Below are positions 40,692-48,182 of a stretch of 48,182 bases of DNA, piece after piece (position 1 is the stretch's first letter; every line of letters starts with the position of its first letter). Both the position numbers and the translations under genes were made by a program. The stretch covers positions 1 to 48,182 of the forward strand of contig JAMOPY010000021.1 of assembly GCA_027064305.1 (NCBI GenBank). The letters run 5' to 3'. The notes below the pieces were generated by a model. That model was not told the origin of the DNA and searched no databases. It worked only from the letters and a program-made list of their open reading frames with translations. This stretch comes from Methanobacteriota archaeon. GTDB lineage: Archaea > JAADCQ01 > Methanopyri > Methanopyrales > Methanopyraceae.

Positions 40692-41420
40692 ATGAGCGTG
40701 GACCATTGGCTGAGGCGGCTGGAACGGGCCCTGGAGGAGCGGGAGCGTGACCGGGTTCCGGACCCGGCGCTGGCGGTCGGCCTGGTGGTCCTGGGCCCCA
40801 CGGTCTCGACCGCGGCCATCGTGGTCGTGGTGGCGGGGTTCTTGCGGGTCTCCGGCGCCCCCATCGATCGGGCCGGGGACTTGGCGATCCCGCTGGGCCT
40901 GCTGAACCTCGTGGCCTCGTTCGCGGTCGTGAACGCGGTCCTGACGTACCTGGTCGTCCGGGGGACCAATTTTCACCTGGAGTGGTCGGAGCGGTTCTTC
41001 CGCGCGCTGATCGAGGTCCTCTACCGGGCGGAGGTGATCCCCCGACGGTGTTACCTGGCCGCGATCCGCAAGCTGGAGGGGCTGTCGGGGTCGAGGATGG
41101 ACGAGTCACTGTGGGCGGTGGTGGGGTTCCTCACCCTGGGGCTCTCCTGCCTGTACGTGCTGTGCCGGGTGTACGGTCGGGCCCGTCGGCACGAGGAGCG
41201 GGAGGTCGCGATCGTGGAGCTGTTGGGCGAGTACCTGGGGTCCGGGTTGGAGCTGCGTCGTCGCCTTCTGCGCGAGGACGTGGTGGCGTACGCCCTGCTC
41301 GCGCTGTTCCTGCCCCCCACGTACCCGCTGCTCGTGTACCGGGTGTTCCGGGACCTGAACCGGCATCTGGACGCCCACCGGAGGTTCGAGCGGGAGCTGA
41401 TGGAGCGGGTCTTCTCGTAG
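40692..41420 (+). CDS. Membrane protein (DUF4234-like)
   Basis: Four hydrophobic segments; FLTLGL..LY and ..DLNRH repeats. Confidence 0.65.
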   Translation: MSVDHWLRRLERALEERERDRVPDPALAVGLVVLGPTVSTAAIVVVVAGFLRVSGAPIDRAGDLAIPLGLLNLVASFAVVNAVLTYLVVRGTNFHLEWSERFFRALIEVLYRAEVIPRRCYLAAIRKLEGLSGSRMDESLWAVVGFLTLGLSCLYVLCRVYGRARRHEEREVAIVELLGEYLGSGLELRRRLLREDVVAYALLALFLPPTYPLLVYRVFRDLNRHLDAHRRFERELMERVFS

Positions 41421-41425
41421 TTCGG

Positions 41426-42541
41426 TCAGTCCCCGTCCAGGGATTCCCGCCAGCGCTCGTACACCCGCTCGCACTCCTTCAGCACGTCCCTCGGCGTGAT
41501 CTCACCGCGCGTCTTCAGGGCGGCGGCCACCTGGGAGCCGCCGGCGCCGACCCCCTCCTTCACGTACCCGCGCTCGTACAGGGTGAACTCCCGGTACCGG
41601 GACCGGGAGAAGCCCGGGTCCGCGGAGAACAGGGCGAACCGGCCCACCTGCCGCAGCAGCCCCAGGATGTCCGAGTCCTCGTCCTCCACCACGTACTTGG
41701 TCGTGCCCACGAACACGCGGCCCGGGTCGTACTCGCCCAGCTCGGAGAGGCACGCGAGCACGGCGGTCATCTGCGTGCCCCCGGCCAGCAGGACCGGCGT
41801 CCGGCACCCCTTGAGGATCCCGAGCACGGCGGGCATCATGGGGTCGCCGAACCGGCGGGCGGCTTCGTGGGGGTCCAGGTCCCCGGGCTCGACTCCCTGA
41901 GCCCTCAGTCCCTCCCGCACGACTCTCTCCTTGATCTCGTGCGGAGTCTCGTGGGAGCTGCTCGCGAAGCGGCCCCACACCTCGTACCCTAGGGCGGCCA
42001 TCACCGCCATCGCCGTGGTCGTCCCGCCCGGCACGCTCTCGCCCACGGTCAGGAAACCCACGTCCCGGCTCAGCTCGCGGCCCAGCAGCCGCCCCGCCTC
42101 GAGCAGGTCGTCGTACGCATCCTCGGACAGGGCAGGGCCCTCGCGGAAGTCCCGCGCCACCTCCCCGCCCAGGTCGATGCAGGGGCAGGCGGGCTTCACG
42201 GCCACGCCGGCGTCCGCGGGCAGGAAGGGGAGGGAGGCCAGATCCATGGCCGCCCGCGTGATCACGGCGGGGGAGGGTGCACCGGCCGGGTTCTGGGGCG
42301 CGTCCTCCGCGTTCACGATCCGGTCCAGGTAGATCAGCTCCACGTCCCCGGCCGGCGTGTGGAAGGTTAGCTCCGGCGTGCGGCCGGCCGCGGAGATGCC
42401 CGGGATCAGGCTGACCTCGGTGTTACCGATCACGCAGATCAGGATCGTGCGCTCGCCCAGGCACGCCCTGAGTGCGTCGTGGACGGCCCTCCGGTCCCCG
42501 TAGGCCCGGATCCCGGGAAGGACCTCCCCCAGATCCGTCAA
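41426..42541 (-). CDS. cobT: Archaeal nicotinate-mononucleotide phosphoribosyltransferase CobT (TIGR00303-like)
   Basis: IPGISAAG, SPAVITRA, GESVPGGTTTA, LAGGTQM, YERGYVKEGVGAGG. Confidence 0.9.
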   Translation of the reverse strand: MTDLGEVLPGIRAYGDRRAVHDALRACLGERTILICVIGNTEVSLIPGISAAGRTPELTFHTPAGDVELIYLDRIVNAEDAPQNPAGAPSPAVITRAAMDLASLPFLPADAGVAVKPACPCIDLGGEVARDFREGPALSEDAYDDLLEAGRLLGRELSRDVGFLTVGESVPGGTTTAMAVMAALGYEVWGRFASSSHETPHEIKERVVREGLRAQGVEPGDLDPHEAARRFGDPMMPAVLGILKGCRTPVLLAGGTQMTAVLACLSELGEYDPGRVFVGTTKYVVEDEDSDILGLLRQVGRFALFSADPGFSRSRYREFTLYERGYVKEGVGAGGSQVAAALKTRGEITPRDVLKECERVYERWRESLDGD

Positions 42542-43494
42542 ACGATCCACTCCCGGGGTAGGTTGGTGAGTACCTCGCACCCGTTCCCGCGGACGACCAC
42601 CATCTCCTCCACCCTGACCCCGAACCGCTCGGAGTACAGGCCCGGTTCCACGGTGATCACGGCACCCTCCGGCAGCTCACCACGGAGCCGACCCTCGTGC
42701 ACGGTCACCCCCACGTGATGGCCGAGGCTGTGGGGGAACGAGAAGTCCCGGAACTCCCCCTCCATCTCCTCCCGAACGCGCTCCTCCACCTCCTTGGGAT
42801 CCACCCCGGCCCGGAGCTCCCCCAGGGCGCTCTCCAGGGCCTCGCAGACGGTTTCCAGCACCGGGACCGCGTCCCCCTCCTCCGCGCACACGGTCCGCGT
42901 GACGTCCGTGCAGTAGACGTACCTCAGACCGAAGTCGACGAGCATCGTGTGCCTCCACTCCCGGCGGTCCGGTTGCGGTCGGTGATGCGGGACGCCGGAG
43001 CCCTCGTCGTAGCCCACGATCGGGTCGAAGGAGGGGGCGACCCCGAGCTCCCGGGCCCGGGCCGCGAGCTCGGCGGCCACCTCGCTCTCCGCCCTCCCCT
43101 CCTCGGGTACCAGGGAACGCAGGATCCCCTCGGTGACCTCGACCAGACCCCGGATCGCCTCCACCTCCCCCTTCGTTTTGGATAGCTTAACGTTTCGAAC
43201 GTCGTCCGAGACCCTCAGCCGGTAGCACGGGACGTACTCGGGGGCGCGCCGGGAGTCGCTGACGCGGGCCGGCGGCAGGTCCCGGGCCTCCTCGCGCTCG
43301 AGCACCTCCAGCTCCTCCGGGACGGGCCACTCCCGGACGGCCGGTAGGTCCATCCTCGGGACGAGGAGCGCGTACCTCTCCTCCTCGAAGTCCGCGTAGA
43401 ACGCCAGGCCCGGGAAGTGCGTCGCCCATTTCACGTTGTCCCGACGGACCAGCACGCACCGCTCTCCGTCGCAGGCCTCCTCAAGCCTCCTCAT
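42538..43494 (-). CDS. Xaa-Pro aminopeptidase (M24)
   Basis: PHH, VDFG..Y.TDVTRT, HSLGH.VG..VHE, TVEPGLY, GVRVEE. Confidence 0.88.
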   Translation of the reverse strand: MRRLEEACDGERCVLVRRDNVKWATHFPGLAFYADFEEERYALLVPRMDLPAVREWPVPEELEVLEREEARDLPPARVSDSRRAPEYVPCYRLRVSDDVRNVKLSKTKGEVEAIRGLVEVTEGILRSLVPEEGRAESEVAAELAARARELGVAPSFDPIVGYDEGSGVPHHRPQPDRREWRHTMLVDFGLRYVYCTDVTRTVCAEEGDAVPVLETVCEALESALGELRAGVDPKEVEERVREEMEGEFRDFSFPHSLGHHVGVTVHEGRLRGELPEGAVITVEPGLYSERFGVRVEEMVVVRGNGCEVLTNLPREWIV

Positions 43495-44416
43495 CTTCTC
43501 CCCGAACGTCCTCCTCCTCAGCGTCTCCTCCACCCGATCCAACGTCCTCCTCAGCCGATTCCCTCTCACCTTCCTCAACCTCCCATCCGCCCTTGGAGAG
43601 CTCCATGACGGACCGGTAAACCCGGAGAACCTCGAGCGCGCTCTCGCGGGATGGGGCCGCGATCCGGCGGTCCCCGACGACGACCTCAACCCCGAGGGCC
43701 TCCCCGAGCTCCTCGACCACGCCCGGTTCCACCTCCTCCGGGGACAGGCCCACTTCTCGGCAGACCTCCTCCAGACTCACCGGTACCAGGCGGCGCTCCC
43801 GTTCCTCCAGTCGCTCCCGGAGCTCCCGCACCCGCTCCCGGAGTCGTTCCACCTCGCGCTCCAGCCGCTCCCGCTCCTCCTCCAGCTCCTCCCGCTTCTC
43901 CTCCGACCGCTCGAGCTCCTCCTTCAGTTCCTCGATCCTGCGCCGCTCGTCCTCCACCCGCTCCTCCAACTCCTCCAGCTCCTTCAGGCGCTCCTTCAGG
44001 TCCTGAAGCTCCTCCCGCAGCCGCTTGAGCTTGATCAGGCCCTTGAGGCCGGCCCGGATGAGGGCGTTGCGGAGCTCCCGCTCCACGATGTCCAGGTTAA
44101 CGTGCTCGACGTCGTGGCCGAGCGGGAGCTTGACGCGCTCCACGTGGCCCACGAGGTCCTCGAGCTCCTCCTGGAACTCGCTGGCCAGCTTCCGGCCGGG
44201 CTTGTCGGCGTCGGTGGCGATGAGGACCACGTCGGCCCCCTCGGCCGCGCGGCGGGCGATGTGGGCGTGGGTGGTGGGGATGATGGAGGTGATGGTGACG
44301 TTGAACTCCCCTCCGAGGGCCATTCGCTGGAGGACCTTGGAGATGATCTCGGCGTCGGCGGCTCCCTCCACGATCACTCGGACGTCGACGGGGGATCGCT
44401 TGCGTCGCGGGGGCAT
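43481..44416 (-). CDS. TOPRIM-domain protein with long coiled coil
   Basis: IVEGAAD, ATDAD.PG, GHDVE then heptad Glu/Arg/Leu region. Confidence 0.8.
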   Translation of the reverse strand: MPPRRKRSPVDVRVIVEGAADAEIISKVLQRMALGGEFNVTITSIIPTTHAHIARRAAEGADVVLIATDADKPGRKLASEFQEELEDLVGHVERVKLPLGHDVEHVNLDIVERELRNALIRAGLKGLIKLKRLREELQDLKERLKELEELEERVEDERRRIEELKEELERSEEKREELEEERERLEREVERLRERVRELRERLEERERRLVPVSLEEVCREVGLSPEEVEPGVVEELGEALGVEVVVGDRRIAAPSRESALEVLRVYRSVMELSKGGWEVEEGERESAEEDVGSGGGDAEEEDVRGEDEEA

Positions 44417-44429
44417 CGCCGGGGCTCCC

Positions 44430-44618
44430 TCAGCGTCGCCGCTGCCGGTTGTACTTCTTGTTCTGCCAGTTGTACTTCCTCATTCGCCGCGAGCGGCCGA
44501 AGCCGCAGGCCGCGCAGTACCCCTTTCGCACGTGGTAGGCCCGGCGGCCGCACCGGCGGCACCGGACGTGGGTTTTCGTCTTGTTGCGCTTTCCGAAGGA
44601 GGGCGTGCCCTTCGCCAC
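44430..44618 (-). CDS. rpl37e: 50S ribosomal protein L37e
   Basis: [22 protein letters not shown]...CAACGFG. Confidence 0.97.
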   Translation of the reverse strand: MAKGTPSFGKRNKTKTHVRCRRCGRRAYHVRKGYCAACGFGRSRRMRKYNWQNKKYNRQRRR

Positions 44619-44638
44619 GTTCGATCACCCCCGGAGGG

Positions 44639-44872
44639 TTACCCGACCTCCGCCGGGGATATTAAGGTGACACTGTCGCCTCGGACGAGCACGCGGCCCA
44701 GTCGGACCTCGGAGTCCCCGGAGATCTCGACGCAGTCGTCCAGGACCAGGTTCAGGTGCCCGTCGAAGGATACGAGTCGGCCACGGAGCGTCTTGCCGGT
44801 TTTCAGCTCCACGATCACGATGTCATCCAAAAAATCCCTCAGTGCGTCGCGCGGCCTCAACGGGTCCGGCAC
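44639..44872 (-). CDS. lsm: Sm-like protein (SmAP/Lsm)
   Basis: RP...L, GRLVSFDGHLNLVLDD, LGRVLVRGD; conserved lsm-rpl37e order. Confidence 0.92.
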   Translation of the reverse strand: MPDPLRPRDALRDFLDDIVIVELKTGKTLRGRLVSFDGHLNLVLDDCVEISGDSEVRLGRVLVRGDSVTLISPAEVG

Positions 44873-44899
44873 CCCCGTCGCGCGGTGGGGGAGGCGCGC

Positions 44900-45406
44900 A
44901 TGAAGGTTTCCCGGCGGCATCCGATCTCGGAGAAGGAGCTGGACGAGGTGCTGAGGGACATCCGGGGAACCGTCGGGGTGGACCTTGGGGAGGTTCTGTC
45001 GGGCGAGGAGCTGGTGGAGCTGGGGCACGTGAAGGGCTCGGAGGTGGAGCGCATACTCATCGCCCGGGGCCGGGTGGTGGCGTTCGAGTGGAAGGAGCGG
45101 TGGTTGCCCACGCTGCACCCGCTGCTGGAGTTGGGTTCTGGGGCGTTCGGGCACGCGGTGGTCGTGGACATGGGGGCCGTCAAGCCGATCGCCTCGGGTG
45201 CGGACGTTATGGTGCCGGGGATCGTGGAGGTAAGGGGAGGGTTCGAGCGCGGTGATGGGGTGGTGGTGCTGGACGAGAGGAATGAGCGGCCGTTGGCCGT
45301 GGGCATCGCCCGGTTCGACGCGTCGGAGATCGAGCGGAGGGATCGGGGTCGCGCGGTGGAGAACGTGCACCATGTGGGGGATGAGCTCTGGGAGGCGCGG
45401 TTCTGA
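44900..45406 (+). CDS. PUA-domain RNA-binding protein (MCT-1/Tma20-like)
   Basis: LPTL, VVDMGAVKPI.SGADVMVPGI, G.AVENVHHVGD.LW. Confidence 0.9.
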   Translation: MKVSRRHPISEKELDEVLRDIRGTVGVDLGEVLSGEELVELGHVKGSEVERILIARGRVVAFEWKERWLPTLHPLLELGSGAFGHAVVVDMGAVKPIASGADVMVPGIVEVRGGFERGDGVVVLDERNERPLAVGIARFDASEIERRDRGRAVENVHHVGDELWEARF

Positions 45407-45423
45407 CGCCCGCCGTCTGATCG

Positions 45424-46227
45424 CTACCGCTTGCCGAACAGTCCTTTGATGATCTTGGAGAGGACGCCCTCCTTGTCCGGGACCTCCACCTCGTACTCGA
45501 TACCCAGGAGCTCCGCGGCCAGTTTCTTGAACGCCTGGGCGGCCGCGGACTTGGGACTGCGGACGACCACGGGCTCACCGAACGCGGCGGCGCGGCGCAC
45601 CTCGGGGTCCTCCGGGATCTCGGCCAGCACTCGGGTCTCCAGGATCTTCTCAATCTCGTCCTTGGTGAGCTCGGTCTTGTCCTTGGTCACCCGGTTCACG
45701 GCGGCCCCGGTGATGTTCGTGCCCACGCGCTCGGCCACGGCCTTGACCTTCAGCGCGTCGGTGATGGAGGCGATCTCTGGGTTCACGACCAGCAGGCACT
45801 CGGTCGCGGCGGAGAGGGCCGTCAGCGCGTCGCGGCCCAGTCCGGCGGGACCGTCGATGAGGAGGAAGTCGGCCCGGTCCACGATCCACTCGACCACCTC
45901 GCGCAGGCGCTCCGGGTTGGCCTTGCGGATGCCCTCGAGCGAGATGCCGGCCGGGATGACCTTCACGCCCTTGGGCCCTTCGTACACGGCCTCTTCCACG
46001 TCCGCCTCGCCGGCCAGCACGTCGTGCAGGGTGACGGGAGCGTCCTCCATCTGGAGGATCAGACCGAGGTTGGCCATGGCGATGTCCGCGTCCAGGATGT
46101 AGACCTCGCCGTTCATGTCCGCGAGGGCGGTTCCCAGGTTGGCGGTCACGGTGGTCTTACCGGTACCGCCCTTACCCGAGGCGATGCAGATGGCCCTACA
46201 CCCGTCTCCTCCTTCGGACTCCGCCAA
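45424..46227 (-). CDS. minD: MinD family ATPase
   Basis: [10 protein letters not shown] deviant Walker [23 protein letters not shown]-terminal amphipathic [13 protein letters not shown]. Confidence 0.92.
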   Translation of the reverse strand: MAESEGGDGCRAICIASGKGGTGKTTVTANLGTALADMNGEVYILDADIAMANLGLILQMEDAPVTLHDVLAGEADVEEAVYEGPKGVKVIPAGISLEGIRKANPERLREVVEWIVDRADFLLIDGPAGLGRDALTALSAATECLLVVNPEIASITDALKVKAVAERVGTNITGAAVNRVTKDKTELTKDEIEKILETRVLAEIPEDPEVRRAAAFGEPVVVRSPKSAAAQAFKKLAAELLGIEYEVEVPDKEGVLSKIIKGLFGKR

Positions 46228-46232
46228 GCTCG

Positions 46233-47108
46233 CTACCCCTCATTCGGGGACTCGGCCTTGGATTTGGAGGATTCCGTGGTGTGTCCGATGAGGAATTCTA
46301 GCTTAGACATTAGAGACTTAGCGATTCTCTCGCATTTTTCGTCGACTTCTTCGGGGTCCGATTCGACGACGAACGCGATTAAGACGTCTTTATAGGGTTT
46401 TACCGCCAGGGTTTTCCCGGACTTGGTTCCGAGCTTCACCCACTCCAAATGAACCTCCATGTAGTCATCCAGGAGGTCGATGAGCCGGCTGATCTCGGCG
46501 GCGGCGCGGTCCGGCTCCCGGATGCCCTGGGAGTCCACCACGAGGCCCTGCCGGTCAGCGATCACGTACGGGACCTCGGTCTCCTCCTCGACCGGCGAGG
46601 GGACCTTGGCGGACTCCACGACCATGCTGAGGTCGCTGCGGAGCATGAACACGTCGGCGTCCGAGGGGGTGGTCTTGGTCTCGCAGATCGCCACGCTGCC
46701 GTTTACTTTGACGGCCAGGTAGTTCGAACCCTCCTCGGAGGACACGATGATCGTGTCGGCGTCCCGCGCCGTCTCGAACACCCGCTTGATCGCGTTGATG
46801 AGCTCGTGGTCGAAGGATCCGTCGCCCGACATTCCGATGGGCTTGCCTTGCTCGTCGATTACCGCCATCCACTCGAACCCGAAGTACTCGCGGAGCTCGT
46901 CCAGCGCCTTGGACATGTCCTTCCTGGCGGTTTCGACGAGCTTCTCCGGCTCCAGCTGCTTGGAGGCGATCTGCAGGGCCCGCTGGATCGCCTCCTCCCG
47001 GGCCTCCCTCGCGTACTCATCCTCGGGCTCCTCTACCCGCTCCTCCTCACCTCCCCTTTTGAACAGCCGCTTGAACTTGCCCACGATGCGGGCCACGGTC
47101 CTCAGCAC
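46233..47108 (-). CDS. Protein with N-terminal amphipathic helix and two putative roadblock/longin-like domains
   Basis: [18 protein letters not shown]; two segments with roadblock-like pattern ([12 protein letters not shown]; [17 protein letters not shown]); GGAGGT upstream. Confidence 0.6.
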   Translation of the reverse strand: MLRTVARIVGKFKRLFKRGGEEERVEEPEDEYAREAREEAIQRALQIASKQLEPEKLVETARKDMSKALDELREYFGFEWMAVIDEQGKPIGMSGDGSFDHELINAIKRVFETARDADTIIVSSEEGSNYLAVKVNGSVAICETKTTPSDADVFMLRSDLSMVVESAKVPSPVEEETEVPYVIADRQGLVVDSQGIREPDRAAAEISRLIDLLDDYMEVHLEWVKLGTKSGKTLAVKPYKDVLIAFVVESDPEEVDEKCERIAKSLMSKLEFLIGHTTESSKSKAESPNEG

Positions 47109-47151
47109 CCTAAGACCTCCTGCGAGGGCTTTGGTGGGGGGAGGGGAACGG

Positions 47152-47499
47152 TTATAGCTGCTTGGCGATCTCCTCGGCCGCCTCCTGGGCCCGTAAGCGG
47201 ATTAATCCCAGGTTGGCGTCCGGGTCGGTGATGAGGACCAGCGTCGCCTCCTCGCTGACCGCGATGATCATCACCTTGCCCTCGGTGGACTCGATCAGCA
47301 TCTGCTCCAGGTCGCCCAGGTCCATCTCGTCCACGACTCGCTCGCCCGATCCGTACACCGTGGTGGCGATGGCACCGACCACCTCGGAGTCGATGTCCGG
47401 CGGCACGGCCTCCGCGATAATCAGACCGTCGCTGGAGACGACCAGGGACCCGTGCACCCCGTCCACGCGGTTCAGGTCGGCCAGCACCTTCTCGATCAA
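47152..47499 (-). CDS. Roadblock/LC7 (MglB-like) protein
   Basis: GVHGSLVVSSDGLII, GAIA, LGDLEQMLIE..GKV, ANLGLIR; start TTG 47499 or 47538. Confidence 0.92.
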   Translation of the reverse strand: MIEKVLADLNRVDGVHGSLVVSSDGLIIAEAVPPDIDSEVVGAIATTVYGSGERVVDEMDLGDLEQMLIESTEGKVMIIAVSEEATLVLITDPDANLGLIRLRAQEAAEEIAKQL

Positions 47500-47536
47500 G
47501 CGAGGAACCCCCGGCCCTATGCTGAACTTAACGCTC

Positions 47537-47559
47537 AAAAATAAGGCTTAATTGATTTG
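47537..47559. promoter_or_regulatory. AT-rich divergent promoter region
   Basis: AAAAATAAGGCTTAATTGATTT island between divergent genes. Confidence 0.5.
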
Positions 47560-47576
47560 GGCCCGGGGGGACCGTC

Positions 47577-48182
47577 GTGGGTACCCTGACGGTAACGATT
47601 TCGGTCCTTTCGACGCTGCTGCTGGCGGTCATCGCCTATACGGTGGGGAGCGTGGGTCGAACGATCGGGTCCCGGGCCGTTGCTGTCGCGGGGCCGATCG
47701 CGCTGGGGATCGCGGCGGGCACGTTCCTCGTCGTGCCGGCGCTCACGGATCTCCCGGGTGTGGTCTCGGAGTTCTGGAGCGGTAAGCCGGTGCTGGCCAA
47801 GGTGACCGCGTCCCCGTCGGACCTGCCGAAGATGGCGAGGGAGCTGCGGCGTCTCGGCGCCAAGACGGTGGATCGTCGGGTGCGGTTGGAGCTGACGATG
47901 GGGGAGAAGGTGGACCCGGAGCGGCGGCGCTGGATCGAGCGGAAGGTGAGGATCGCGTTCCCGGGCATCGTCGAGGCGCGGTTCGTGGGGCCCGATAAGC
48001 TGGTGCTGGTCGTGGACACCTCCCGCGTTCGGCTGGAGGATGTGCCCAAGCTGGTCGACCGGGTGTCCTGGTGGATCACCTATACGAGCGGGTACGTGGT
48101 GGTCGGAGCCTCGTCGGTGCTGCAGGTGCGGGCGGGTCGGGGCGCGCTGGCCCGGGTGCAGGAGGAGTTCCGCGGTCTGGTC
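47577..48182 (+). CDS. Membrane-anchored hypothetical protein (3' truncated; absent from ORF track)
   Basis: Frame open from GTG 47577 to window end: MGTLTVTISVLSTLLLAVIAY..., two N-terminal hydrophobic helices then soluble domain. Confidence 0.7.
   Translation, partial: MGTLTVTISVLSTLLLAVIAYTVGSVGRTIGSRAVAVAGPIALGIAAGTFLVVPALTDLPGVVSEFWSGKPVLAKVTASPSDLPKMARELRRLGAKTVDRRVRLELTMGEKVDPERRRWIERKVRIAFPGIVEARFVGPDKLVLVVDTSRVRLEDVPKLVDRVSWWITYTSGYVVVGASSVLQVRAGRGALARVQEEFRGLV

Overview
Very GC-rich, gene-dense archaeal chromosome segment. Gene content (SepCysS pscS, F420H2:NADP oxidoreductase, CarS, Tes, HypCD, archease, Lsm-L37e), Glu/Arg-rich proteins and frequent GTG/TTG starts point to a methanogen, most plausibly Methanopyrus (inference). 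About 53 protein genes, mostly housekeeping: purine/pyrimidine/arginine synthesis, tRNA/rRNA modification, cofactor and ether-lipid synthesis. No tRNA, rRNA, CRISPR array or IS element was seen. Items beyond routine annotation: (1) four unannotated box C/D sRNA candidates in short spacers, two with guides resembling conserved rRNA segments; (2) a pelF-pelG-like exopolysaccharide pair; (3) a roadblock / tandem-roadblock (N-terminal amphipathic helix) / MinD operon that may be an uncharacterised positioning system; (4) a 28-nt inverted copy of gatA coding sequence flanking one sRNA; (5) two large secreted Gln/Gly-rich proteins with dual-coded ends; (6) an A-rich pentamer array before a V4R gene; (7) head-to-head gene pairs with ~27-bp promoterless spacers, including tes/carS. 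All family calls come from motif recognition, not database searches, and several start codons were re-picked by eye.
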